Assembly: GCF_000195855.1 (NCBI RefSeq)
Contig: NC_002677.1
Coordinates: 2,370,001-2,402,000 of the forward strand
DNA from: Mycobacterium leprae TN
Lineage (GTDB): Bacteria; Actinomycetota; Actinomycetes; Mycobacteriales; Mycobacteriaceae
DNA: 32,000 nt
Direction: 5' to 3'
Positions 18,277-29,905 of this stretch are shown here, one piece after another. The notes below the pieces were generated by a model. That model did not search any database. It worked only from the letters and a program-made list of their open reading frames with translations, and was not told the DNA's origin. The first letter of the stretch is position 1, and each line of letters begins with the position of its first letter. The translations under genes and the position numbers were made by a program.

Positions 18277-20256
18277 ATGCAGACTGACGAGCCGACCGGA
18301 ACAGCGACGTCAGCTATACGGATTCCCCCGCTGATCTCCTTGAGAACCACACTGATGGTGGCTGGCCTGCTGGGTAACGTGGTCGCCGTTGCCGCCTACG
18401 GACTGTTTTCGCGAACTGAGCGTTATGGCGCTGTCGGCAATCCGGATCCCGGAAGTTTCATCGGCGTTGCCGAACCCGTGGGGTACTTCGGTGCGTCGCT
18501 GTCAAGTGCGCTGTGTCTTGGAGCATTGATTTACTTCGTGATGATGGTCTGGCCGCAAGCAGACGGCTTGATCGATGCTCAGGCTTTTCGGATTCACCTT
18601 GCTGAAGAGCGTGTTTCGATCGGCTGGCTGGCGTTTGCACTGACGATGGTGGTGGTTCAGGCTGCTAACGACTCCGGTGTAACACCGGCTGAGCTTCGAA
18701 CTGGCGCAGCACTATTCAATGCCATTACAACTTCGGAGACCTCACGGGCTTGGATCGTTGTGACGATCTGTGCGTTGCTTGTTACGTTGACGCTGCGAGT
18801 CATCATCCGATACTCCGACCACTTTGTGCTGCTGATCCCCGCAGTGATTGGTGTTATCGCGACCGCGGTGACCGGTAACGCAGGGCAGGGACCGGACCAT
18901 GACTACGCCACCAGCGCTGTGATTGTCTTCGCACTCGCCATTGCCGCATTGAGCGGGCTCAAGATTACCGCTGCGCTGACGGAGGTGACGCCAAGCCGCG
19001 CTGTGCTGATTGTGCAAGTTGTGTGTGGGGTGCTCGCGCTAGCGTATGGAGCCGAGCTGGTCTATCTACTTAGCCCGGGCGCGGCGATGATCGATTCGGA
19101 CTTCGGTCGGCTCGGTCTGGTGGCCGGAGTGCTGGTGACCTTGGTGTGCTTCTCTGACTGCTGGGCGTTGGTCATGGGTCGGCCGCACTCGGATCACCGG
19201 ACACGTCTTACCGCACTGGCCATGATGGCCGTCACGGCGGCGACGGCGGCAATGTCTGTTCAAACTGCGCCGCGATTCCTCACCCACAGGTTCACAGCCT
19301 GGGACGTTTTTCTGGGCTACGAGCTGCCGCAGCCACCTAACATTGTTAGGTTTTTCACCGTGTGGCGGTTCGACAGCCTCATTGGAGCTACTGCCATCGT
19401 CCTCGGGATCGGATATGTAGCGGGCTTTGTCCGTGTGCGGCGTGCCGGCAACACTTGGCCAGTGGGGAGACTGGTGGCGTGGTTGACTGGGTGTGTCGCA
19501 CTGGTATTCACCAGTAGCTCAGGCGTGCGAACGTACGGTTCGGCGATGTTCAGCGTGCACATGGCCGAACATATGACGTTGAATATGTTCATCCCGGTCC
19601 TCCTTGTTCTGGGCGGTCCGGTCACCTTGGCGCTTCGTGCTTTGTCCGCGGCTGGTGATGGACAACAACCCGGACCACGTGAATGGCTAACATGGCTAAT
19701 GCACTCCTCCGTTACGGCCTTTCTTTCCCACCCGGTCACAAACTTCATCCTGTTCGTGGGGTCGCCGTACATCGTTTACTTCACACCGCTGTTCGATACC
19801 CTGGTTCGCTATCACTGGGGACACGAATTCATGGCCATCCACTTCTTGCTGGTAGGATATATCTTCTACTGGGCAATAATTGGTATCGATCCAGGGCCCC
19901 GACGACTCCCCTATCTGGCACGAATTGGATTGTTGTTTGCAGTGATGCCATTCCACGCCTTCTTCGGGATAGCGTTAATGACAATGACATCGGCAATCAG
20001 TGCCGAATTCTACCGCTCCGTCAATCTGCCCTGGCTGGCAAGCATTGACGCTGACCAGCATATAGGTGGAGCGATCGCCTGGAGCGCAACGGAATTACCT
20101 GTAATCATCGTCATAGTGGCGCTGATGGCCCAGTGGGCACGCCAGGACCATAGAGTCGCCGTCCGTGAAGACCGGCATGCGGACAGCACCTACGCCGATG
20201 ACGACCTAAATGCATACAACGCGATGCTACGAGAGTTGTCCCGGATGCGTCGATAG
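18277..20256 (+). CDS. Large integral membrane protein: CopD-like N-terminal half fused to a caa3-type CtaG (cytochrome oxidase assembly) like C-terminal half; Rv0102 orthologue
   Basis: 659-aa ORF that is hydrophobic throughout. The CtaG-family text [28 protein letters not shown] is encoded at ~19555-19640. Later strings are [18 protein letters not shown] and MPFHAFFG. The size and position (between nrp and ctpB) match Rv0102. Confidence 0.8.
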   Translation: MQTDEPTGTATSAIRIPPLISLRTTLMVAGLLGNVVAVAAYGLFSRTERYGAVGNPDPGSFIGVAEPVGYFGASLSSALCLGALIYFVMMVWPQADGLIDAQAFRIHLAEERVSIGWLAFALTMVVVQAANDSGVTPAELRTGAALFNAITTSETSRAWIVVTICALLVTLTLRVIIRYSDHFVLLIPAVIGVIATAVTGNAGQGPDHDYATSAVIVFALAIAALSGLKITAALTEVTPSRAVLIVQVVCGVLALAYGAELVYLLSPGAAMIDSDFGRLGLVAGVLVTLVCFSDCWALVMGRPHSDHRTRLTALAMMAVTAATAAMSVQTAPRFLTHRFTAWDVFLGYELPQPPNIVRFFTVWRFDSLIGATAIVLGIGYVAGFVRVRRAGNTWPVGRLVAWLTGCVALVFTSSSGVRTYGSAMFSVHMAEHMTLNMFIPVLLVLGGPVTLALRALSAAGDGQQPGPREWLTWLMHSSVTAFLSHPVTNFILFVGSPYIVYFTPLFDTLVRYHWGHEFMAIHFLLVGYIFYWAIIGIDPGPRRLPYLARIGLLFAVMPFHAFFGIALMTMTSAISAEFYRSVNLPWLASIDADQHIGGAIAWSATELPVIIVIVALMAQWARQDHRVAVREDRHADSTYADDDLNAYNAMLRELSRMRR

Positions 20257-20299
20257 ACAAGACCACCCGTTGTCGATGATACGACCTGACGCCCAGGCA

Positions 20300-21100
20300 T
20301 GTGGTAGTCATTGTCGAGGATGTGACTGTCCTGGTCAGGTCCAAGATTGCGGATTAAAACGTTGCAGGCGTATTGCCCTCCACGAAGTAGTGGGAAAAAT
20401 CCTCAAGGTAACATGTATAATCGAAGGCAGGTACCAGGCGGTAGGCTAACACTTTGGCGCCGAGGTCAGCGAACTGACGTGACGTTAACTAAAGGTCTTT
20501 CTCTGGCAGCTGCGTTAAAAACATGTTATGGGCACATCAATAACCTGAACTGCGGGGTTTCGATCTCCTCCGGCGTTTGTAGCATCTCGTATCACAATCA
20601 GGTAGCCGCCAGCGTAGGCGTAGTAGCGGGCTCAGTGCAGAACCTTGTCCAACCCGCTGTTCAACCAGGCATCAATGCGACCAAGTTATCAAGAAACTCG
20701 GCACTACTACGCGCGGCGGTCATGGCTTGAATCTTGGTGGCGTGATCTTCAGCGGAGGTCAATTCGATTCTACCCATTGCACCGCGCAACTTAGAGAAGA
20801 CCGTATCATCCAGATAGATCACGGCCACGCCACTGGCTCCGTACTCTCGCACAGTACGCGCACCATTGTTGCGGTTGCCGTAGCCGATGTCAGCATCGGC
20901 GATCACTGGCACCTGCACCGTCCGAAAACCGGACCGCTGAAAATTCTGGCAGCCAAACCATCATGGAAACCGGTTACCATCAGCAGATCCTCACACACCA
21001 ACAGCGACTTCAAACTTTCCACCGCATAACGACAATTAGCATGCCCTGGCATGACCTGACCGAAGTAATTACAGAAGCTCATATTCGAAGTCTTTACTTC
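20300..21100 (-). pseudogene. PEP mutase / isocitrate-lyase-superfamily gene relic (methylisocitrate-lyase-like)
   Basis: Minus-strand fragments in different frames: LKSLLVCEDLLMVTGFHDGLAARIF, then RSGFRTVQVPVIADADIGYGN..TVREYGASGVAVIYLDD, then IDAWLNSGLDKVLHWARYYAYAGGYLIVI. The segment expected between AGF and PVxADxDxGYG is missing. The boundaries are approximate. Confidence 0.6.
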
Positions 21101-21316
21101 GCACTTTGGCCATCACGAAGGCAAAGATTGCTACCTCCTGCAGTGGGGAGAGTCCGCGCTGCAGGAGCGATCACGCGGTCCTTACAGCTAGCCACCTTAG
21201 CCAACTACCGAAAAATTGCTGTTTAGCTCGATATTCGTGCAAATCCTTATGGTCGAGAAGGTCAAGGCATGGCTACGCATCTCTGGCAGTGGAATCCCTT
21301 GATAAAAGAAGTTTGT

Positions 21317-23569
21317 TCAGTCTGACGTTTGGGAAAGACCAAAATTACTTAGCCGCAAGCTGTTTGACACCACGAAAAACGACGAAAACGCCATGGCAGC
21401 ACCGGCGATCAAAGGATTGAGCAGACCACTGGAGGCGATGGGGATTGCCGCAACGTTGTAGCCGAACGCCCAGATCATATTAATCCGAATTGTCCGCATG
21501 GTAGCACGTGCCAGATCCAATGCCACCGGAACAACACCCAGGCTGTCGCGGACCAGAATGAGATCGGCGGCGCCGATCGCGACATCAGTACCGCGCCCCA
21601 TCGCCAAGCCTAAATCGGCACATGCCAAAGCGGGGCCGTCGTTGATGCCGTCTCCGACCATCGCGACGGTGTGCCCCTGATCACGCAGTCGTTGAATAAC
21701 GTCGACCTTAGCTTCGGGCAGCATATCGGCGATAACGGTGTCGATTCCTACCTGTGCTGCAACCGCACGCGCGGCGGCCTGATTATCACCGGTGAGCAAA
21801 ATTGTGTGCAACCCGCGGCTGCACAGTGCTGAGATGGCGTCGGCTGCTGAATCCTTGACGGTGTCGGCGATCGCGACAGCTCCACATGCAACACCATCTA
21901 CCGATACGAAAACTACTGTCTCTCCCCGTGATTCGCCTTCTCTCCGTGCGGATTCGAGAACGACGTCGCATGGCGCATTCCGGGTTACCCAGGACGGCTT
22001 GCCAATTTTGACATGGTGCTCAGCAACAACTCCCGATACACCGCATCCGGCAAACGCGACGAAGTCGGCAACCGGACGTGGATCTGCATAAGCGGCCACA
22101 ATAGCCGTTGCCACCGAATGTTCAGAGGCCGCTTCGACTGCGGAGGCGAGCGCCAGAACTTCCCCAGAACACCACCCGCCGGTTGACGTTACCGTGCTAA
22201 CGCTCAGCTGCCCAAGTGTCAACGTGCCGGTCTTGTCGAAGACCACGGTGTCAATCGCGTTGATAGTTTCCAGCGCTCGGTAACCCTTGATGAAAATCCC
22301 CAATTGAGCGCCTCTGCCGGAGGCAACCATCATAGCGGTGGGGGTAGCAAGCCCGAGCGTACATGGACATGCAATCACCAAGACCCCGAGCACCACAGAG
22401 AAAGCGCGATCTGGGCTGGCTCCAGCCAACAGCCAAGAGGCACCCGCCAATCCTGCGATGACAAAGACCATCGGCACGAACACGGCCGCGATGCGATCGG
22501 CGAGGTGCTGCACACGGGCCTTCTGTACCTGTGCGTCCTCGACGAGACGGACCATCGCCGCAAATTGAGTATCGCCACCGACTGCGGTAGCCTCGATCAC
22601 TAAGCGGCCGTCAAGCACTGTGGTGCCGCCCACCACGGTGCTTGCCGGCGACGCGTGTACTGGTCTGGCCTCGCCAGTGATAGCGCTCATATCGATCGTC
22701 GCAGTGCCATCGATGACCACACCGTCGGCAGTAATGGTCTCACCGGGCCTTACCAGAAAGTGCTGTTGCTTTTTGAGCTCTCCAGCCGGTATAGTAAGTT
22801 CTGCTCCATTGGGCAACAAGACCTCCACATTTTTGGCACCCCGAGCAGCGAGCGCTCGTAATGCACTACCAGCCTTGGACTTGGCGCGAGCCTCAAAGAA
22901 CCGACCCGCAAGAACAAAGACGGTGACTCCCGCAGCAACCTCAAAGTAGATCGAGTCGCTGTGCAGGATAGCCTGCCAAATTCCATGAGTCTGCCGTGGC
23001 TCTTTGTCGACGAAGATCGTCGACAAAGACCAACCGGTGGCCGCTAGGATACCAGCCGAAATCAACGTTTCCATGGATGCTGCCCGATAACGCGCGTTGC
23101 GCAACGCAACACGGTGGAAAGGCCACGCAGCCCATGTCACGATCGGGGCTGCTAACGCGGTAAGCAGGTATCCCCAGCCGGGGAATCTGTTCGTCGGCAC
23201 AATCGCAAACATGGTCGACAAATCGGCCAACGGCACGAACAGCAGCGCAGCGACAATGAGCCGCCGCAGCAGGTTGCGGGCATAGTCGGCGTCAGGATCA
23301 ATTTCTTCGACGGCAGACTCCGCGTGCGCAGTAGCACGATATCCAGCCTGTTCAATCACCTGACGCAGCTCATCAACCGCCACGTCGACGGCATCGATGG
23401 TCGCAACTCGGGTAGCGAAGTTGACTGATGCGCGGACACCGGGAATCTTGTTCAGCTTCGTTTCAACCCGGCTCGCACATGCCGCGCACAGCATGCCTGC
23501 AACATCCAGCTGAATACGTCGCACGGACTCATGATTATTATTAGTGTCCTCCACAAGCGAAGCTGTCAC
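21317..23569 (-). CDS. ctpB: P1B-type (copper-family) cation-transporting ATPase CtpB, with an intact HMA domain
   Basis: 750-aa ORF with a GTG start at 23569. Intact GMLCAAC metal site, plus [25 protein letters not shown] and [12 protein letters not shown]. Paralogous to ctpA over its full length. Confidence 0.92.
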   Translation of the reverse strand: MTASLVEDTNNNHESVRRIQLDVAGMLCAACASRVETKLNKIPGVRASVNFATRVATIDAVDVAVDELRQVIEQAGYRATAHAESAVEEIDPDADYARNLLRRLIVAALLFVPLADLSTMFAIVPTNRFPGWGYLLTALAAPIVTWAAWPFHRVALRNARYRAASMETLISAGILAATGWSLSTIFVDKEPRQTHGIWQAILHSDSIYFEVAAGVTVFVLAGRFFEARAKSKAGSALRALAARGAKNVEVLLPNGAELTIPAGELKKQQHFLVRPGETITADGVVIDGTATIDMSAITGEARPVHASPASTVVGGTTVLDGRLVIEATAVGGDTQFAAMVRLVEDAQVQKARVQHLADRIAAVFVPMVFVIAGLAGASWLLAGASPDRAFSVVLGVLVIACPCTLGLATPTAMMVASGRGAQLGIFIKGYRALETINAIDTVVFDKTGTLTLGQLSVSTVTSTGGWCSGEVLALASAVEAASEHSVATAIVAAYADPRPVADFVAFAGCGVSGVVAEHHVKIGKPSWVTRNAPCDVVLESARREGESRGETVVFVSVDGVACGAVAIADTVKDSAADAISALCSRGLHTILLTGDNQAAARAVAAQVGIDTVIADMLPEAKVDVIQRLRDQGHTVAMVGDGINDGPALACADLGLAMGRGTDVAIGAADLILVRDSLGVVPVALDLARATMRTIRINMIWAFGYNVAAIPIASSGLLNPLIAGAAMAFSSFFVVSNSLRLSNFGLSQTSD

Positions 23570-23599
23570 GACCTTACCTCAAATCGGCGTTGGAGCACC

Positions 23600-24400
23600 C
23601 TACTAGCTTACAAGTGCAACCGCAGGCGGCTTTGACAAAGCACCCGCAGTTAGCCGGGCCCGCGGTCCGCGCGTTCCCGCAACCACTCCCGCTGGCGAAG
23701 GACAATGCCGCATCGACGACATGCCCATGACCTGGTACGTAGATGGAATCGAGGCCACCAGTTACGACTAATCGTTCAACGTTGCCGGCCACGCGGCTAC
23801 ATCGGAATCGGCGTCGACTGCGGGGTCGACGGACTCCTCGACCAGATCACCGGTAAAACACCACAACCGCGCCGCTGTCCGCGTCCATGCGAGGTACCAC
23901 CGCAACTAGATCCGAAGTGGTGTGTCCACGGCCCCAATGATGAGCAATGGTCACACTCCGGTCGCCGAAATTGATGACAGCGTCGTAGAGTCCGTGGTGT
24001 GGCGGGAGCATCGCCGCATAGCGGGTCGGTAGTCGACGACAGGTATTCGACCCACCTGAGGTGCACAGTGCATTTCAACTCCGACACAAACAGAATCGCC
24101 TAGGATGTTGTCGAAGTTCTTGTGCGTCAACACAACACGGAAGATCGGACTGCTGACAAGCTGCCAAACGTCGGTGTCGATCGCAGCCGCTTCGGCGAGC
24201 GTGGTGCTCGTGTCGACCAGCACTGCACCGGCATGGCACGCACAGCATCAGCCCGACTGTGATGTCGCAGACGGAAAGAGTCGATATGTCGGGTGTTTCC
24301 GACGTCGTGTACACATCTCGCGGCATCTTGACCAGGCAGCCGTTGTCCACGGAGGCTGGTGGCTGACGAACCGCAGAACCGTCAACACATCTACCAGCTG
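23600..24400 (-). pseudogene. MBL-fold metallo-hydrolase relic
   Basis: Minus-strand fragments across three frames: GAVLVDTSTTLAEAAAI..RVVLTHKNFDNILG (a decayed THxHxDH motif), ..VTIAHHWGRGHTTSDLVAVVP.., ..LDSIYVPGHGHVVDAA. The boundaries are approximate. Confidence 0.55.
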
Positions 24401-24519
24401 ACCGCTGAACTGTCGACGGAGCTAGGTGAATGGTTACATCTGTTAGAAACAGTTTCTGGCAGACAGGACTGGATGTACTCACCGAGACATCAAAGCCTGT
24501 TACGATCCTTAGTAGACCA

Positions 24520-24960
24520 AATTCATGGCGGCTCCGCTGGCGAAGGCGTGGCGGCTGCTAACCGAACCGGTGTTACGAGACTCTAGATGGGCAGCGGGTG
24601 AGGTGGCTACGGCGTTTGGCCACCAATTTACCCTCGACAGAACCGGTTACGGCAAACAACCCTAGCAAAGTGCTTGAAGTGGATCCACCCCACCGCTTTG
24701 TGTACACTTTCACTCCAAGCCTAGACGCTCACCTGGCACCTTGCCACGGAAGGTGCTGATACCAGAAGTATTTCTGAAACAAACGGTACGGGCTTTGATT
24801 TGGATGACAAACGTATGACTACGGCCTTCAAGCGCATGGGCCCTGGGTAGCGCGACGTCGTCCTCTCCCGTCTTGCCGAGGCTGCTTTCGCAGGCCGTTG
24901 CAAGGGCCACTTGGAAAATCAACTGACCGCTGCTTGCTGTACAACGCGACGCGTGTGCAA
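24520..24960 (+). pseudogene. SRPBCC / Aha1-START-like domain protein relic
   Basis: APLAKAWRLLTEPVLRDSRW..GHQFTLDRTGYGKQP*, then VLEVDPPHRFVYTF, then TWHLATEGADTR..GFDLDD..AFKRMGPG*. In-frame stops and frame changes are present. Confidence 0.5.
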
Positions 24961-25003
24961 CGATCACCAGGTGATCCTGCTAGCAGTATCCGGGTAGGAA
25001 ACG

Positions 25004-25930
25004 ATGCTCGCAGTCGCCATCACCAAGCACGGCAATTCATCGGTCTTACAGGTGCCGCAGCGGCCCAATCCACCCCCCCGCCGGGACAGGCCAGCGCGGG
25101 TCACTGTACGTGCCGCTGGAGTAAATTTTGCTAACAACCTCATCCGCATCGGCCTATATACAGACGCAGCAAAACTGCCGTCAGTAGTCGGTTACAAAGT
25201 CGCCAGGTCGGTGTAAGCCATTTAGAGACGGCGTCGATGAAAACCTTGTCGGAGAAAGAGTCTTGGCCGGTACACAATTCGTCGGCTACGCGGAAATCGT
25301 CAACGTTCCGGCGAGCGACACGACACGATAGTGTTCCCCGACGGGGTGAGCTGGCGCATAGGGAGCCAGCGATCCCGGTTAACTACGCGACTGCATAAGC
25401 AGCGCTGCTAACGCTACGAGTCCTGTGTGCCGTTGAGCAAGTACTAATTTCACGCAGCGTCGGGTAGTGTCAGCATCGTGGCCGTTCGACTCACTAAGGT
25501 CGCCAGCGCCGAAGTGCACGGCACCGCGTCGCCAGGAAAGCACCAGAAACTTGCTGAGTTGGATGTGAACCGGGGCGCCATCAACTACCGCCGCAACGAC
25601 TTGATGGAAAGGCCTCAGCCCCTATGATCTTGTTCTCGACGCACTTGGTGACACCTCGCTGCGGCATTCTTATGGATCTGCTGCGCGCTGAAGGAAGGCT
25701 TGTCGGTTATGGGATTTCTGCGATACAGCAGAACGAGAAGCGTTCGCTGCTCAGGGTGGCTCCACACACGTAGTCGATGCTAAAATCGATCATAGAGTGC
25801 TTAATAGGCGGCGTTGTGACCGGGCATGACGGTAGTGACTTGGACTCCATGGCATCCCTCACCACCGAGGTGGTAGCCGCGCATTGGAATAGGAAGATCA
25901 AAGAAGCCTTTGGAGCCAAGGCGATTTTTT
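25004..25930 (+). pseudogene. fadB5: Quinone oxidoreductase (MDR / zeta-crystallin type) relic, fadB5 (Rv1912c)-like
   Basis: MLAVAITKHGNSSVLQVPQRPNPPP..VTVRAAGVNFANNLIRIGLYTDAAKLPSVVGYKVA then stops at 25214. Downstream fragments (RVLAGTQFVGYAEIVNVPASD; GRLVGYGISA) lie in other frames. A C7 tract sits at 25073-25079. Confidence 0.6.
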
Positions 25931-25959
25931 AGTGACCACCAGATTCTGGCGCAATAGAC

Positions 25960-26668
25960 CATAACAAGCAATCACCAGTGGAAACAGATAACATGGCTTG
26001 CATACGGTAAGGAGCAAATGTGATGTACCGTAACATGGTATCTTTGAAATTGGTGACGAATCTGACTACAGTTTCGATGAAACTTTGTTTCATATCGTTT
26101 TTAAGTTGTTCCGTGCTGCTAGCGACTGGCTTCGGTGGGAAAGTGTAAGCAAACACATTTGCGGCGTGCTTACCGGGAGGAGTCAATACCTGTCTCATTC
26201 AACAACTCATGAGAGTGGAGTGCATTCGGTTAACCCATCCAGGACCAAGAGGATCTGCACGAAGGAGGCACGGTGATCACGGCAGGACACATGCAAGAGC
26301 AGTTCCACAGAGGCATGTTCGGGAACCGATGAGCTCGGTCAGAACAACGTCCGGCGCTAGGTTGGACACCACGGTTTAACCTTGGCACGGAATCTGATCC
26401 CGCTGCTGTGGTGCAGTTTCACTACGCCCGAGTGCGATCTGTGCAGTCGTACTCCCGCGCTGTCTACGCCCACGCTCATCGTGTCGTGTGGGGGAAGAAA
26501 GACATCGTGATCCCACTAAGCGCTGGGAGCGCCACCCATGACGCGATTGCTAGATCTCGGCTCGAGATCCTCGAGACTGGCCATATGTTTTTCTTGTCAG
26601 ATCCGTACGGCTTCTTCGCGGTCGTCGAGCAGTTTCTGCAATCGGTGGTGCTGCAACCATCCTCTTGA
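25960..26668 (+). pseudogene. Alpha/beta-hydrolase-fold relic
   Basis: The C-terminal piece (26408-26668) reads VVWGKKDIVIPLSAGSATHDAIARSRLEILETGHMFFLSDPYGFFAVVEQFL, the typical ..W.G..D..P......I......GH....E.P..F......FL pattern. The upstream part is interrupted by stops. Confidence 0.5.
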
Positions 26669-26754
26669 TCGCTGATGCGTTCAAACTTTCAGCTCTCATG
26701 CGCCTGAGTGGCTAGCTCAGCCCAGGATCAGCGGAGAGCCGACGTGAGGATAGC

Positions 26755-27690
26755 GATGCCGCTTAACACCCCTCTTACACAATTCTTCTAGATCGAACAC
26801 CCCGTCCTGCTTGCACCGATGACCGAGGTGTCCGGGGACCGGTTGGCCGCGATCGTGACCGCGGCCGGCGACCTCGGTCTCATCGGCGGAGACTACGGCG
26901 ACGCAAACTGGCTGCAGCACTAATCCGGCGAAGCGCAGCAGGAAAAGGTCGAAATCGGATTTCATCACATGCAGCCTCGCCCTTAACCCTGAGCGCTAAA
27001 CGCGATACTAGCGCGGCAACCAGCAACGCTCCATGTTGTCTTTCACTGATCCAGAGGCATTCGCCGTCCGTATTCACCAAGCTAATATTCCACTCTCATC
27101 TGCCAAGTGCAGACACTCAAGCAGGCACGCTTTGAACACCGAAGCGGACATAGTCATAGCCCAAGGCGGCGATACAGGTTGGCATGAAATAGGAGGTCGT
27201 TCAGCCTTCACCCTGGTGCCCGACGTCGTCGACCTCGTCGCCTAACAGTCGGCCAAAACGCTTGTGTTGGCCACAGGCGGTATCGCCGATGGTCGTGACG
27301 TCAAGACCGCACCGACCTTCGGTGACTATGGTACGCCGGTCGGGAGCCGATTATAATCCAGCACTGAGACGCCGGTTATGCCACAAGCTCAATAGCCAAT
27401 TATCCAGGACAACAGAGAAGACAGTGCCCGGACCTGAGTCTATGGCATTGTGCGGCAACGGAATTTATCCGAAATTACTACGCGCAGCTGGTTATTAACC
27501 CGTTGATCCAAGCATGGCATGGCAATGAGGATGGACTGTTTGGCGTTCCTACCGGAGACGGTGAGCGCCTTTGAGAAAGCGTTCGTCGAGTCAGGACTGC
27601 GATGTCGCCACTTCACTAGTTGGCGAGACTATAGGACTCATTCACGAAGTTCGCACCGCCGCACTGCTGTCGCTAGCTCGCCATAGTTGA
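26755..27690 (+). pseudogene. Nitronate monooxygenase (2-nitropropane dioxygenase) relic
   Basis: MPLNTPLTQFF*IEHPVLLAPMTEVSGDRLAAIVTAAGDLGLIGG. Later pieces are VIAQGGDTGWHEIGGRSAFTLVPDVVDLV, LATGGIADGRDV and VGETIGLIHEVRTAAL. There are multiple stops and frame changes. Confidence 0.6.
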
Positions 27691-28889
27691 TCAACCGCTC
27701 GTCGATTATTAGCCCGACCCGGGCGAGATAGCCAGCCGCGGCTGCGTCGAGGACCGTTCCCGTGTTTATTGCGGCACAGTATCCTTCAATAACACCTTAA
27801 TGCAGAGGTAAATCACTCGGAGGTTAGCAACAACCGGATGGTCGCCTACTAAATGCGCTGAATAAGAATCACCTCACAACGGCACGTAGCTGCCTAGGAT
27901 GGGCTGTAATGCAGCGTGCATTGTCAGCATGGACATCAGCTCGAAGCTCGTGGGTGCACGTCGCCGCATCTGACCATGTATTCCTCGCACTTGTCCTCAT
28001 AGGGCCACATGGCGCCTTCCACGCAAAGACTTATCTCGTGCTCTCGTCCATCGACCGACATCTCATCGAACAGATTTCAAACAGTGGCGACAACGGAAGT
28101 GCTACCAGCAGCTTCGCCTCCACCTGATGGCGAAGGGTGTTCAGGTCTCGCGTCTACTCCCGGAGATCACCTTTCTGGACCCACCGGGTACAAGCACTCC
28201 CATGCCATTCCGTCACGAACCACGGTTACCGTGATCACGGTGTAGGCGGGGCCGCTGCCGTGCGCTTGATTGGTGTACCACACCAGCCGGGCTTCGTCGC
28301 CCTCGACCAACATAGGCATCCAGCATTCTCGAAATGCGTTCTCGAACTCACCTTCCGCGCACCCGCCGTACCTTGTGCATGAACAGCACGCTGTGACCTC
28401 CCACCCCCTGACGCTGGAACCGGAGAACACCATCGTTCAAACGGACGTTATATGCCAACCGTTTTTGGTTTCAACGCTGGGTCTACATATGCACAACAAT
28501 GCCCAGTGGTGACCTAGACCGGTGCGTTGAGAATCTGATTTCCTCAAGTAGGTAAAAATCTTCACGTAACAGACGTTCCTCATGGCTCGACTCGACGTGC
28601 CCGACGTCCTCGGTGGCGAAGCCGTCATGATCTGGACACTACGGCTGCAACTCGGTGGCATGATCGAACGGATGATCCGCGGCACATACCAGCAAAATAG
28701 CCCTGCCGGCCGGCGAACGCGAGTTAGCCGTAAGGCGAATCGCGCAGATCAACCACTGCGTCGCGTACTCTAGCTTTCGGGACCAATTGGTACTGGACAG
28801 CCGATGTCTCAGCGGGGCTTTACGCCAACGTCGCCTCGATGGACAAAACGTTCTTCGTGCGTCTACGGGACCTGTCCTCCAATGAGGAA

Positions 28890-29450
28890 ATTCTCGATCT
28901 CACGCTTGTGCGTCGCGGTATAGATTGCGTGAACATCGCCATCGGTCGACGAACTGCTAGCCACCACACGGTTGGTGCGCAAACGCCTTGACCCGACCCA
29001 GCCGGTCGCAACGTCGTCCTCGAGTGCGCGCGCCGGGCGATGCAAGCCCCCACCGCAAGCAACGCACAAGATCGGCGCTGGCTGGTGATCACCGATGCCG
29101 ACAAACGTGCGGCGATCGCCGAGATCTAGGGCAGTGTCGACGCTGAGTACATCACTACAACCGCTAAAACCTTCTCAGATCAGCAGACCTGACGCGAGTA
29201 TAGCAACATGGTGAGTCTGACCAAAACGCTGGACCACGTTTCCGTACACATCATCCCTTGCCTGCAGTGCCGTTTCCATGACGCCGATCCGCTGTTCGAG
29301 CGTGGCGGGATCACCTATTGGGACAGCTGGATAGAAAGCTGATGCAATCCAGCACAGTGCGATTCCACATCTACGCATCCACGAAGAAAAGTGGGCAGGT
29401 ACTGCGTCCACCGGCGCCGCCAAACGCACCACGGCCACGGGTCCTCAAGT
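28890..29450 (+). pseudogene. Nitroreductase-family relic
   Basis: TTRLVRKRLDPTQPV in one frame, then VVLECARRAMQAPTASNAQDRRWLVITDADKRAAIAEI* in another, then HVSVHIIPCLQ. The extent downstream is unclear. Confidence 0.45.
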
Positions 29451-29905
29451 GGCCAAATAAGAGCATGTAAAATCCTGAAAGAAGGCAACTAGGCGGGTGA
29501 GGTCTAGTCCGCACTTGCATCTTCGAAATGCCCAAGTACTTGCTGTCCGGCGGCAAGAGGCGGTCGTGGGAAACTCGTTCCTGAAGCGGAGATCAACAAG
29601 CTGTCACGATATGTGGCGGTCAGCGCGCCAGTGTTGTCCGGTGCCGGAGGGCTATTACCAATTCGAAGAGTAGCTCTACGGCATCACGACGCTGACCTTC
29701 AACGAGACCTATGAGCGCAGGCTTGGCTACGCCGGCAACGTGCGGCGGCTGACCTAGACGTCAGAACTGCACGCCGTCTTAGTTGTGCCTGTTCTCACAA
29801 CAGGTTTCTTCGCACAGCTGTACGCAGCAACCGTCGTCGGTGAAATAGCAGATTTTACAGGCAAGGTGGTGTCAGCACGATGACCGCCACATGAAAGGAA
29901 CAACA

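Noticed and set aside
21136-21166. Inverted repeat TCCTGCAG-N15-CTGCAGGA about 150 nt downstream of the ctpB stop, considered as a possible terminator
   Set aside because: It has a short 8-bp stem with a 15-nt loop and no T-tract. It lies inside the PEP-mutase relic and too far from the stop codon.
23574-23792. 72-aa Cys-rich ORF (..[38 protein letters not shown]) ending 4 nt before the ctpB start. It is tempting to read it as a metallothionein or copper chaperone coupled to the pump.
   Set aside because: Its N-terminal half (LDSIYVPGHGHVVDAA) is the conserved C-terminal text of the MBL-hydrolase relic. The Cys-rich tail appears only after a frame change, and the expected continuation FVLRQREWL is in another frame. 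It is best explained as out-of-frame read-through in GC-rich DNA.
27700-28880. Minus-strand ORF 28167-28433 (..LVEGDEARLVWYTNQAHGSGPAYTVITVTVVRDGMAWE..), which looked vaguely like an NTF2/SnoaL-like fold, together with the surrounding short ORFs
   Set aside because: This is only a loose pattern resemblance with no diagnostic motif. It is treated as unassigned decayed sequence.
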